The position numbers and the translations under genes were made by a program. A DNA stretch of 55,794 nt from a virus, in IMG/VR virus record IMGVR_UViG_3300045988_069429; one strand, written 5' to 3'. The notes beneath the pieces were generated by a model. It saw nothing but the letters and a program-made list of their open reading frames with translations, made no database searches and had not been told where the DNA came from. How positions within the stretch are numbered: the first letter of the stretch is position 1; every line of letters starts with the position of its first letter. Positions 1-8,696 of this stretch are shown here, one piece after another.

Positions 1-119
1 ATTTTTTTTCAAATGCGTGTATTGACAAATTGTTTTCTTCGCAATAAGCGACAACATTTTGATAAAACATAGACTTCTCCTTTCTTTATTTAATAAAGAT
101 TTAGAGAAAAGCTTGACAA
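1..119. repeat. Terminal direct repeat copy 1, identical to 55676-55794 (circular-contig overlap or terminal redundancy)
   Basis: Read directly: attttttttcaaatgcgtg...aaaagcttgacaa is present at both ends. The offset of 55675 is confirmed by the Cro-like start codon (cat at 68-70 = 55743-55745). Confidence 0.95.
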
Positions 120-133
120 TCTTTAGAGAAAGT
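100..133. promoter_or_regulatory. Operator-like direct repeats TTTAGAGAAA flanking the -35 of the rightward promoter; a third, inverted copy lies at 267-273
   Basis: TTTAGAG at 100-106 and 122-128, and CTCTAAA at 267-273 just upstream of the CI-like RBS. Confidence 0.4.
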
Positions 134-141
134 TCTAATAT
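113..141 (+). promoter_or_regulatory. Sigma-70-type promoter (TTGACA-17 nt-TAATAT) reading toward the CI-like gene
   Basis: TTGACA at 113-118, 17-nt spacer, TAATAT at 136-141. Confidence 0.6.
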
Positions 142-219
142 ATGAATTGTCGAGAAACATATTTTGAGAGCACTTCCCTTTAAGTTTATTTTTTAGGCTT
201 TTCCCTAACCTTTAAACTT

Positions 220-248
220 ATTATATAGAGTGTTTTCTAATTTGTCAA
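220..248 (-). promoter_or_regulatory. Consensus promoter (TTGACA-17 nt-TATAAT) reading leftward toward the Cro-like gene across the contig junction
   Basis: The reverse complement of 243-248 is TTGACA and of 220-225 is TATAAT, with an exact 17-nt spacer. Confidence 0.65.
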
Positions 249-291
249 CACCTTTTTTAGGTGAAACTCTAAAAAATGGAGGAAAACACAA

Positions 292-633
292 ATGAACACG
301 GTAGAAAGAGTAAAAGACCTATGCAAACAGAGGAAGATTTCAATACATAAATTAGAATTAGAATGTGGTTTTGCTAACGGATATATAGGTCAGTTGCGTA
401 AAGGTACATTGCCAGATGATAGGTTGGGGAAAATTGCCGAATATTTAGGCGTATCAGCCGAATATTTAAGAACTGGCGAAGAAGAACAGCTTATTTTGTC
501 TGAACAAGCTGATTTGTGGATTAAAGTCAGAAATGACAAAAAATTATTACACTCGTTAAAAACATTTTTTGAGTTAAGTGACGAACAGCAAAAGTATGTT
601 CTCGGTTTAATTAATTTATTTAAAGGAGAGTAG
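292..633 (+). CDS. XRE-family HTH repressor (CI-like)
   Basis: The N-terminus ERVKDLCKQRKISIHKLELECGFANGYIGQLRKG...IAEYLGVSAEYL is a typical Cro/C1 HTH. RBS GGAGG lies upstream, and the gene is divergent from the Cro-like gene. Confidence 0.8.
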   Translation: MNTVERVKDLCKQRKISIHKLELECGFANGYIGQLRKGTLPDDRLGKIAEYLGVSAEYLRTGEEEQLILSEQADLWIKVRNDKKLLHSLKTFFELSDEQQKYVLGLINLFKGE

Positions 634-639
634 TAATAA

Positions 640-852
640 ATGATTGAATCGAAGGATTTTTTAAAGACTATAGTAGAGAAAAGAGATAAAAATGGCAACA
701 CTAACTATGCCGACATTGCTAGTTGCCTTGGCATTGATATGATTTCAATGTTGCCATTTATGAGAGAGCTTAGTAATAAAGGTTACATCACCCAAACCCT
801 TGAAGATGTAACTATTACTAAACTTGGGCTACTTGCTTATGATGAACTTTAA
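640..852 (+). CDS. Small protein co-transcribed with the repressor, possibly winged-helix DNA-binding
   Basis: ATG 7 nt after the repressor stop. The segment IASCLGIDMISMLPFMRELSNKGYITQ resembles a wHTH recognition region. Confidence 0.5.
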   Translation: MIESKDFLKTIVEKRDKNGNTNYADIASCLGIDMISMLPFMRELSNKGYITQTLEDVTITKLGLLAYDEL

Positions 853-905
853 TTAATACTCACGATTTATTAAATTGCGATAAAATCTTTTATTCTTTCA
901 AGTGT

Positions 906-939
906 ACTAGTGCAACATTATGTTGCACTAGTTTTCTTT
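906..939 (+). terminator. Rho-independent terminator of the repressor operon
   Basis: 11-bp stem actagtgcaac/gttgcactagt with a 5-nt loop, followed by tttcttt. Confidence 0.8.
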
Positions 940-1250
940 ATATCTGCTATTATTTTATAGATATACTCTAATACTGCATTATCGTTGGTATTTTCTACCA
1001 TTTCAATAATTTCCTTTTTGTAATCATTGTTATTCACATTCGCACTTCCCCTCTTTTACTATTGTGACGATGTAATTATTATAGAACACACGTTCTATCG
1101 TGTCAAGTGTAGCGGCGATATTGCCAACGCCAATCAAACAATATCGCCTGCCAGAACTTGAAAATGTTTAAGGGTCTTTTTTCAAAGACAAGTTTATTAT
1201 ACATTTATCGTTAGTATATTTCAAATATTTTCGGTCGTGTAATTTTGACT

Positions 1251-2357
1251 TTATTCGACAACTAACTGGAACTTGTCGATTGCATTACCCATAACGCCTG
1301 CATATCCGTCCATTCCGTTAGATGTTTCATCATCTATCTGCTCTGGATAGAAGTTTCTGTTGCCGAATACAGATACCATATACTTAGCATACTTCCAAGG
1401 CTCACCCTCTGGTGTATAGTAGATAATTTCTACGGCATCTATCGGTGTTTTCTGGTCGCCTGCAAAGCCGTTGTTGAAATCATTATAATCAAAGCCGGTA
1501 ACATAAGGAAGCCAATCGCCATTAAGCATATGAACTCTGTACTTAACTGAACCTCTGCTAACCTTGATAATAAGTGCTGTGATAGCTTTATTGTCACCTG
1601 CACCAGCCCAATCTTCTCTATCCTCTACTTCGCCCCACCACCTATCTGTATAAGCGGCATATGTAGCATATACGTGTTCATCTGTGTTATCCTCTGTATT
1701 GTCTTCTTCGCTGTTATCTTCTGTATTATCTTCATCATTATGAAAGCCATAAAATTCTGATAAGTCGCAAACTCCGTCTACACCGTCAATTCTTGCGCTA
1801 GAAGTATACTGCCACCCCGCAAGATAATGGTCGATACTGGGTGTCTTATCCGCATTAACATCATCATTTAACTGCATTTCATCATATCCTAAGTAGTAAC
1901 GTGCTATCCAGAACGGACAATCTAAATCGCTAGGGTTTGTATAAGGCTTGATGTAGCTACCATAGAATGATAAGCCAGTATATACACCGAAGTCATATCC
2001 TGCACCCTCAATAACCTCTTTGTAAGCCTTGATAATGTCGATAAGCTCTGAACCCAAGTTTTGCATACAAGTATTTTCAACATCCATCCAAACTGTCACC
2101 TTACGTCCGTCAAGCACTTCAAGCACTCTGTTAGCCGCCGCAATAGCTTCTTCTACTGTTGGTGTGTAAACATAATTGTATACACCGCAGATATGCACAC
2201 CTGCTAACTGGCAACCTTTCCAGTTGTTTTCGAACTGCTTATCTGGGTCAAAGTCACGTCTGATAACCTTAAGAATAGCGTGAGTAAGTCCTGCCGCCTT
2301 AACTCTGTTCCAGTCAACTACACCATTCCACGCTGAAAAATCTCCACATTTAATCAT
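1251..2357 (-). CDS. Endolysin: GH25 muramidase N-terminal domain, acidic D/E/N/T linker, C-terminal cell-wall-binding-like domain
   Basis: CGDFSAWNGVVDWNRVKAAGLTHAILKV...VYNYVY...WMDVE matches the GH25 (Glyco_hydro_25) pattern. It is the last gene of the late operon. Confidence 0.8.
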   Translation of the reverse strand: MIKCGDFSAWNGVVDWNRVKAAGLTHAILKVIRRDFDPDKQFENNWKGCQLAGVHICGVYNYVYTPTVEEAIAAANRVLEVLDGRKVTVWMDVENTCMQNLGSELIDIIKAYKEVIEGAGYDFGVYTGLSFYGSYIKPYTNPSDLDCPFWIARYYLGYDEMQLNDDVNADKTPSIDHYLAGWQYTSSARIDGVDGVCDLSEFYGFHNDEDNTEDNSEEDNTEDNTDEHVYATYAAYTDRWWGEVEDREDWAGAGDNKAITALIIKVSRGSVKYRVHMLNGDWLPYVTGFDYNDFNNGFAGDQKTPIDAVEIIYYTPEGEPWKYAKYMVSVFGNRNFYPEQIDDETSNGMDGYAGVMGNAIDKFQLVVE

Positions 2358-2359
2358 AA

Positions 2360-2653
2360 TTAAAATACCTCACTTTCTACTGTTCCTGTTGCATCTGAAC
2401 TAACTGTGTTATCTTCTGTGCTGTATGTTGCCTTGTATGTGTTTTTAACACCATCAAGGAAGCTCTTAAGCTCACTGTCTAGTGCTATATCATTCGCCAA
2501 GTATGCCGCAAAATCATTGAAGCTAGCTGACATACTGACTGTGCCGCTTTCGCTGATTGTAGCTGACAGATAAGCTACCTGTTTAAGTGTTCCGTCTGAG
2601 TTTTGAACGGATAATGTTCCGTTCTTCTGAATTGATGAGTTGATGTCTAACAT
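2360..2653 (-). CDS. Hypothetical protein between the tail fibre and the endolysin
   Basis: ORF with an RBS, tightly packed. No TM segment or recognisable motif. Confidence 0.55.
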   Translation of the reverse strand: MLDINSSIQKNGTLSVQNSDGTLKQVAYLSATISESGTVSMSASFNDFAAYLANDIALDSELKSFLDGVKNTYKATYSTEDNTVSSDATGTVESEVF

Positions 2654-2672
2654 TGTGTTTTACCTCCTAATC

Positions 2673-5600
2673 TTATATCCAATTTTTATTTTCGTTGTCC
2701 CAAGTGATAACAACATTATCCCCTATATATCCGCGAAGATAACGTCCATCCCAATCAAACATAATATCACCAGAAAAAGGATTTCTATTAATTACACATC
2801 CTCTTTGATAGTATGACCCATCTTCTGTTTGATGCATTATATACAATGCTGTAGTCTTTATTGAGCTGTTAACTACAGATAGAGCACAGTCACCAAAAGA
2901 ACTCCAACCTTTTGAGTCTATAGAAATTTTTCCTTTTTCAATTTTCGTCCAAGCTTGCGGTTCTCCATTGATGTAAGGCTGGTAATATAATTCGATGCGG
3001 TCTCTTAACACTTCTAACTCTAATCCTGCCGAACCATACATTTTAATACCTTTACCGCTCTCAACATTGAACTGCATTTCGCCATCGTTAGTAACGTGCC
3101 ACAGGGAGTTTAGTGTGCTTGGCGAAGTTCCTTGTACGGCTCCTTTCTGAACAGAAAAAATCCAATCGCCAATATTTTTTGAACTTTGAATGTAAGTTCT
3201 TCTTAAGTATCCGTCTGGTGCTAAGTAATCATTTTTTAAGCTTCCATCAGTAATATCCCAATTGCCAATGCGACCCCCGGTCCCGATTATATCACTACAG
3301 GTAATTGTCCCCGTTGCACTTATAATTGTATTAGTTGATGTTAAAGTAAATGCGTTACCACTAATGTTAACGCTCTTGTTACCGCTAATATTAATAGCCC
3401 CCTTAGCCTTAAGCGTTATATCATCTGCAATTGCTTCAATTGCGGATTTAAGTTCGCCACTTTTTGGGTCTTTCTTGATATAAGCACTAAGACTTGCTGT
3501 TGTAGCGTAATTTTTAAGGCTATCTTTTGTGGCATATGCTCCTGCTACTTCTAACTTAATCGCTGAACTTTCTTTACTTATTGCTGTGCTTATAGCCGCA
3601 TTCATCTGCGTTGTTGTGCTGTAGCTACTTAAGCTATCCTTTGTAGCATAAGCATTAGACACTTCAAGTTTAATGCTATTGCTTTCTGCTTTTACAGCCT
3701 GCGTTATAGCATTCTTCATAACTGTGGTTGTACTGTAGTTATCTTTTAAATTCTGCTGCACACTTAACAATGATGTAGATATACTATCTAAGTTCATTTT
3801 AAAGCTAGCGTTCTGATTAAGCATATAAGCTAATTGTGTGTTAGATACCTCTTTCCAACCCCAATTACCTTTATCATCTTTAGCCCAACGCCAAGTTTTT
3901 TGAGTCGTTTCGTTGTATGCTATTGCCCCGTGATATTTTGCGTATTCATCATTGCTATAAGTCCAAGTAAGATTATCACTTGGAAATAAATCGTCTGACG
4001 GATAAATGGGTATAAACCAGTCAACGGCTGGATAATTATCTTTTGTAGGTGTTGCTGTAACTGTATACACCATAAAATTATCGTTCGTTTGTTGGTATAA
4101 GTCAGATAACGTGATTTCATAGCTATCTAACTTCTGATTGACAGTAGAAAACTTAGTCTTAATGCTTTCGTTGTCAACATTTTCAGTCCACCACAATTTA
4201 TTAGTGATAAAATCACTAGCAACTTTCATCATACCGCCCCATTGAGTATAATCTTTGCCAGCACCACTTGTTATAGCTTGCATAATGACATTAAGTGTCT
4301 GTTTTTCGTTATCAAGGTAAATCTTATTACTCTTAAGTGTATGGGTGTTATCGTTATTGATAACACTAAATAGCGTTTCAATATCCAGCTTACTCGCATT
4401 GATATTAGCATTATCTTGAACAACATCATCACGAACAACTTTCCTTGTGACGCCTTTTTCAGTAAGTCCTAAGGCATCAAACATAAGATTGCCAGCTTTA
4501 TCCCAAACGTACATATTGTAGTCTGAATTAGCGTCTTTACCTATTTGAACTCTTATTCTGTCAGTATCTTTAATGATAATTGTGTTATCTTGCCAATAAG
4601 ACATTCCATTTTCGCTATGAACCTTAAATTTGGTGGTATTAAGGTCAAGTGCTGTAATCTTGTTCGCAGCTATGCTGTCAATCATAGCATCCTTAATCTG
4701 TGCATTGCCAATAACACTTACGACTGCATTAGCGAATTCTGTTGTTAAGCTCTTGCCTGTTGCTGAGCCAAACATTAAGACTTTGATGTTTGCCACATCT
4801 GCGTTTAACACGCCTACCTGTGCATAATCTGCTTGTAACTTAGCAATATTAGCTTCATTAATTGTAGCTTTACTTGCCGTCAAATTAACAATATTTGCTG
4901 TAATAGTTTCAATCTTATTAGCCTTTAATTGGTCTATATACGCTTGATGTGCTTTTAAACTCTCGATATTAGCACTAGTTATATCAGCATTTTCAATAAT
5001 TGCCTTGTTGATTAAGACTAAATCAGCGTAGTATCGTTCCATTTGCTTTGTTATCGGTCCAGCGGCTATATTGCTGTTTTCTGTGTCAGATTGACCTATA
5101 GATGTAACTGTGTCCATTAAGCCGCCGTCACATTCGTGCTCAATCTGCATTATAGGCACTTTGTAATTAACGCCACCTTTGTTGACAGTTATAATGTCGC
5201 CTACTTCAAGCCGCCAGTCACCGACAAACTTAACTGTAAGCGGTCTAAACTGAAAGCCGCCTATCTTTTTATAAATCTCATTTAAGTTAGCTTGTGTCAT
5301 AAATGGATTAGCAAAGCTGAGTCCAGTTGTACCACTGCCGCTAGTGATTGTGCTAGTTTCCTTATCACCAGACTTTGTATTGTTACAAGTCAGCTTTCTT
5401 ATCGTAAAATCTTTGCTAGTGGTAAAAGTAACCCCTTGCTGATAGTATTGATGTCCGTCAAGCACATAACCGCTATCTTTGTACCACTTTATTTCAAGGT
5501 TTCCGTCAGAATTAATAGCCGCATTTCCACCTTGTAGCATAGCCATATAACCTATCATTTCACGCATTGTATAGCCTTGCGGCTTATCTATGATTGTATG

Positions 5601-6056
5601 TGTGTTTGTTATGCTAGTTGCTAACTGTATGCCTAGCTTTGTACAGATTTCCTCTAAAATAGCTTTATCCGTACTAGGATAAGTTAATTCAGTAAAATAA
5701 CCTTTTTCAGCTTTGTACATCTTGTCATAAGCTGTGTACTTAGTGTATTCGCCGTTACTTTCTTCTTTAGTTACAGTAAATATGCCTATCTGTACATACT
5801 CAATGCCGCTATCGCCCTTAACACCCTCAAAAATGGTTATATCCTTATTTTCAAGCGTGATTTCTGGATTATAAATAGAAAAGGTAACACTACTACTGCA
5901 AGTGTTACCTATGGAAATGCTATTGTTCGGATTGATTATGTTGCTGTACTTAAACTCATTAAGTGTCTGATTGTATTCTTTTCCGTCAACTAAATATTTG
6001 CTGTAATATCTTGCATACAGCAAATTGAAATCCGCACCCCAATTAATATTTTTCAT
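2673..6056 (-). CDS. Large tail protein (Tal-like or minor structural N-terminus, coiled-coil shaft, C-terminal receptor-binding region)
   Basis: 1127 aa in the position expected downstream of the tape measure. It has long heptad-like stretches, internal 38-aa tandem repeats and a beta-rich C-terminus. Confidence 0.75.
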   Translation of the reverse strand: MKNINWGADFNLLYARYYSKYLVDGKEYNQTLNEFKYSNIINPNNSISIGNTCSSSVTFSIYNPEITLENKDITIFEGVKGDSGIEYVQIGIFTVTKEESNGEYTKYTAYDKMYKAEKGYFTELTYPSTDKAILEEICTKLGIQLATSITNTHTIIDKPQGYTMREMIGYMAMLQGGNAAINSDGNLEIKWYKDSGYVLDGHQYYQQGVTFTTSKDFTIRKLTCNNTKSGDKETSTITSGSGTTGLSFANPFMTQANLNEIYKKIGGFQFRPLTVKFVGDWRLEVGDIITVNKGGVNYKVPIMQIEHECDGGLMDTVTSIGQSDTENSNIAAGPITKQMERYYADLVLINKAIIENADITSANIESLKAHQAYIDQLKANKIETITANIVNLTASKATINEANIAKLQADYAQVGVLNADVANIKVLMFGSATGKSLTTEFANAVVSVIGNAQIKDAMIDSIAANKITALDLNTTKFKVHSENGMSYWQDNTIIIKDTDRIRVQIGKDANSDYNMYVWDKAGNLMFDALGLTEKGVTRKVVRDDVVQDNANINASKLDIETLFSVINNDNTHTLKSNKIYLDNEKQTLNVIMQAITSGAGKDYTQWGGMMKVASDFITNKLWWTENVDNESIKTKFSTVNQKLDSYEITLSDLYQQTNDNFMVYTVTATPTKDNYPAVDWFIPIYPSDDLFPSDNLTWTYSNDEYAKYHGAIAYNETTQKTWRWAKDDKGNWGWKEVSNTQLAYMLNQNASFKMNLDSISTSLLSVQQNLKDNYSTTTVMKNAITQAVKAESNSIKLEVSNAYATKDSLSSYSTTTQMNAAISTAISKESSAIKLEVAGAYATKDSLKNYATTASLSAYIKKDPKSGELKSAIEAIADDITLKAKGAINISGNKSVNISGNAFTLTSTNTIISATGTITCSDIIGTGGRIGNWDITDGSLKNDYLAPDGYLRRTYIQSSKNIGDWIFSVQKGAVQGTSPSTLNSLWHVTNDGEMQFNVESGKGIKMYGSAGLELEVLRDRIELYYQPYINGEPQAWTKIEKGKISIDSKGWSSFGDCALSVVNSSIKTTALYIMHQTEDGSYYQRGCVINRNPFSGDIMFDWDGRYLRGYIGDNVVITWDNENKNWI
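3470..3737 (-). repeat. 114-nt (38-aa) tandem repeats inside the tail fibre gene, about 2.3 copies
   Basis: YSTTTVMKNAITQAVKAESNSIKLEVSNAYATKDSLSS, then YSTTTQMNAAISTAISKESSAIKLEVAGAYATKDSLKN, then YATTASL. The Tyr codons sit at 3737, 3623 and 3509. Confidence 0.85.
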
Positions 6057-6082
6057 TTATTGGATTGCTCCTTTCTGAATGA

Positions 6083-6409
6083 TTAATCGTTAATCATAAA
6101 GCCAAGTGCGATAATGTTAGCTGGCTCAATGGCTTCACAACTATCAAATGCACTTATATCAACTTTCGTGTATTCAGATACTTCTATCTCCTGTTCTCCT
6201 AGTTCTTCAAGTTCTGATTTTATCTTATCGTTGTTATCTTTATTTTCCTCGCGTATCTTTTCTATCGTTTCTATGACTGCCTTAAAGTGTGGCTCTAACA
6301 TCTTAATGTTAGACATAATGGCAACTGCTAATCTGCCACCCATTTTAAGCTGTGCTACACTTGCAAGTGCTTCATAATGTGCTAAAACTTCATTTCCTGT
6401 TATTTTCAT
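6083..6409 (-). CDS. Hypothetical tail-module protein
   Basis: ORF with an RBS, syntenic with the tail genes. Confidence 0.55.
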   Translation of the reverse strand: MKITGNEVLAHYEALASVAQLKMGGRLAVAIMSNIKMLEPHFKAVIETIEKIREENKDNNDKIKSELEELGEQEIEVSEYTKVDISAFDSCEAIEPANIIALGFMIND

Positions 6410-6420
6410 AGTTAATCTCC

Positions 6421-6792
6421 TTATTTCTGAATTAAACTTAATTTTGCTCCGACTATTAATCCGTCCTCATTCTTTGCTCTTGTGAGATACGGATATGACA
6501 CATCTCCTGTGTATATTGTCATTTCCTTTTGCTGACCGCCTAAAAATAGGACTTGTGCTGTTGGGAATGGGTTATTTTCATCACTAATCACATTATCAAG
6601 CAACAACGCCTGTTCACCTGTTAGTGGTGGTAATTGAAGCTCTACTTTGTCTTTAATAGCCACGATAGTTCCTACCATTTCGCCGTAGTCATTTCTTCCT
6701 GTGTTCTTAGACCATATTTTATTTCTGCTGTACGCGTAGCCGTTATATGCTACTGGGAATGTCACCCCCTCGATAATTACAGCACTTATCAT
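6421..6792 (-). CDS. Hypothetical tail-module protein
   Basis: ORF with RBS AAAGGGG upstream. Confidence 0.55.
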   Translation of the reverse strand: MISAVIIEGVTFPVAYNGYAYSRNKIWSKNTGRNDYGEMVGTIVAIKDKVELQLPPLTGEQALLLDNVISDENNPFPTAQVLFLGGQQKEMTIYTGDVSYPYLTRAKNEDGLIVGAKLSLIQK

Positions 6793-6976
6793 TAAATCGC
6801 CCCTTTCTGCCTAAAAATGAGTAACAAAAAGGACATATCATCTCTGATACGTTCCCTTAGTTTTATATATTTATATTTTCAAGTTGTCCCTACCACTAAC
6901 ATTTTATTTCAATACCCATTTTGAATTTTTATTTATTAAGTTAATTAAACAGCAATATCTTCAATAAACATATTAC

Positions 6977-7411
6977 TTAAATAAAATAAGTGAAATTGTA
7001 ATATGTTTGTCCTTGATTTGCCTTAATTTCGGTATCACTATAAATTTGTAATGCACCATTAGGTGTCAATTGTCCATATGCCACAAACCCCGCCGGATTA
7101 TATACTGTGACCGGAAATTTTATAGTTTTACTCGGTCTATATTCCTCAGGCAGAGTTGCGACTGTTGTCCAGCTCCTAATTGCTACAGTATTGGTTAGTT
7201 TAGCTGGCATTATATTTACCAGTGCCAAAGCAGGTGCGTATGTTATGATAGCATTTTCGTACGTTGTTGTTGTATTGTTGTTCAGTTCACTTATCATATC
7301 ATTATTACTCTTAATCCCATCTTCCATATGATTAAGCCTGTCTGGACTTAATGGAGTACCGCCACTAGTGCCAGCTTTCCACGCTTGCTTTATGTATTGT
7401 ATAAAATTCAT
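6977..7411 (-). CDS. Tail-fibre-like or receptor-binding-like small protein
   Basis: The N-terminal GTPLSPDRLNHMEDGI motif is common at the N-termini of Firmicute phage fibre proteins (recognised from memory). Confidence 0.45.
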   Translation of the reverse strand: MNFIQYIKQAWKAGTSGGTPLSPDRLNHMEDGIKSNNDMISELNNNTTTTYENAIITYAPALALVNIMPAKLTNTVAIRSWTTVATLPEEYRPSKTIKFPVTVYNPAGFVAYGQLTPNGALQIYSDTEIKANQGQTYYNFTYFI

Positions 7412-7435
7412 AGTAAAACCTCACTTTCCAAGCAC

Positions 7436-7472
7436 ACAAAAAGGACACCTCACAATTAAGTGAAATGTCCTT
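7436..7472 (-). terminator. Rho-independent terminator after the membrane-protein moron
   Basis: Minus strand reads AAGGACA...TGTCCTT followed by TTTG. Confidence 0.55.
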
Positions 7473-7567
7473 GTCATTTTGCTATTTATTTGTTATTATT
7501 GACGTGAGCAACTTATATGTACTCATACGTGCTAATCAGAACAGGTCTATTCAACTTGTTCTGTTTT

Positions 7568-8248
7568 TTATTTATCTATTTTGCAATTATTAAGTATTAA
7601 AAACTGTCCTTTTTGAACTGTGCAATACGTCTGATTGTCAAAGTTATCATTGCTTACAATGTGGCTTTGCCTTAAATCATCATAGATACAATAATATCCT
7701 CTTGATGATGTGGCTATCAGTTTATATTCTCCTGGTTCTATGTCAATTCCAACCTCTAACATACAATTATCAAGAGTAGTTTTGGTTGTGTAATACTGTC
7801 TGAATTCTAAAAGAGGTATCGCATTGCACTTGTTTAGTTCAAGATATTCTCCATCTTCTACACTTATCAACATATTGCCTTTGAAATTTTCATTAAACTT
7901 TATTTTGGTTTTATTGCTGTCTGCATATACGCCAAAATAAGCCGAACCTTTGCTTGTTAATGATTGCAAATAGTAATCGCCGTTTGGAATATCTTTACCT
8001 ACTTTGTAAGTGCCTGCCTTATATTTTGTCAGCTTATCATATGTATCTTGTGTTGTCTTTTGTATTGTAGCCGCCGTGGTCTTTTCAGTAGCCTTTTGTG
8101 TTGTAGTTGCAGGCTGTGTATTTGCTATTGTTTTATTATCGCTTTCAGTTATATTATTAATAATAAATAACGCTGTAACAAATACTATTCCTGCCAATAC
8201 TGCAACCACTATCTCCTGTGGCTTCTTTTTGTTATCTTTTTCATTCAT
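7568..8248 (-). CDS. Membrane-anchored protein with a Thr/Gln-rich linker and extracytoplasmic domain (moron; possible superinfection exclusion)
   Basis: One N-terminal TM segment (IVVAVLAGIVFVTALFIINNI), then the low-complexity stretch TTQKATEKTTAATIQKTTQ. It is inserted between the tape measure and distal tail genes. Confidence 0.6.
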   Translation of the reverse strand: MNEKDNKKKPQEIVVAVLAGIVFVTALFIINNITESDNKTIANTQPATTTQKATEKTTAATIQKTTQDTYDKLTKYKAGTYKVGKDIPNGDYYLQSLTSKGSAYFGVYADSNKTKIKFNENFKGNMLISVEDGEYLELNKCNAIPLLEFRQYYTTKTTLDNCMLEVGIDIEPGEYKLIATSSRGYYCIYDDLRQSHIVSNDNFDNQTYCTVQKGQFLILNNCKIDK

Positions 8249-8296
8249 CTTGGTACATTCCTTTTATTAAAAATCTAATGTAATTAAAATTATATA

Positions 8297-8644
8297 TTAC
8301 CAAAAAATCAGCCCACATCTGTTACACACAAACCTATGTTGTGAATAAGTTCCGCCCTGTTGCTTAATCTTCTCTTTCTTATTAACCAGCGTAAACGGTC
8401 TAAACGGATTCAAATTAACGGTATATCTTGTCTTAGTTTTCTGTGGTACAGTTGTTGTAATCTGTGTGTGAGAGCAGTCCCAACTGCTACATCTTGGACA
8501 ATATACTTCAACTAAGCCGTTTTCTGTCGCTCTGTACACTCCTTTAAAGTTAGGATTTAGTGGGCGTTGAATTTGTGGTTGCTGTTTTTTCTTTATTCCT
8601 AATACTTCCAGCATTTTATATAAGCCTTTTTTTAACATATACAT
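8297..8644 (-). CDS. Zinc-ribbon protein of unknown function
   Basis: CPRCSSWDC ... CNRCG cysteine pairs. Confidence 0.5.
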   Translation of the reverse strand: MYMLKKGLYKMLEVLGIKKKQQPQIQRPLNPNFKGVYRATENGLVEVYCPRCSSWDCSHTQITTTVPQKTKTRYTVNLNPFRPFTLVNKKEKIKQQGGTYSQHRFVCNRCGLIFW

Positions 8645-8696
8645 TCCCCCTTATCTTTAGTACTTTAAATATATTCTTTTATTATTTATTTGTCAA

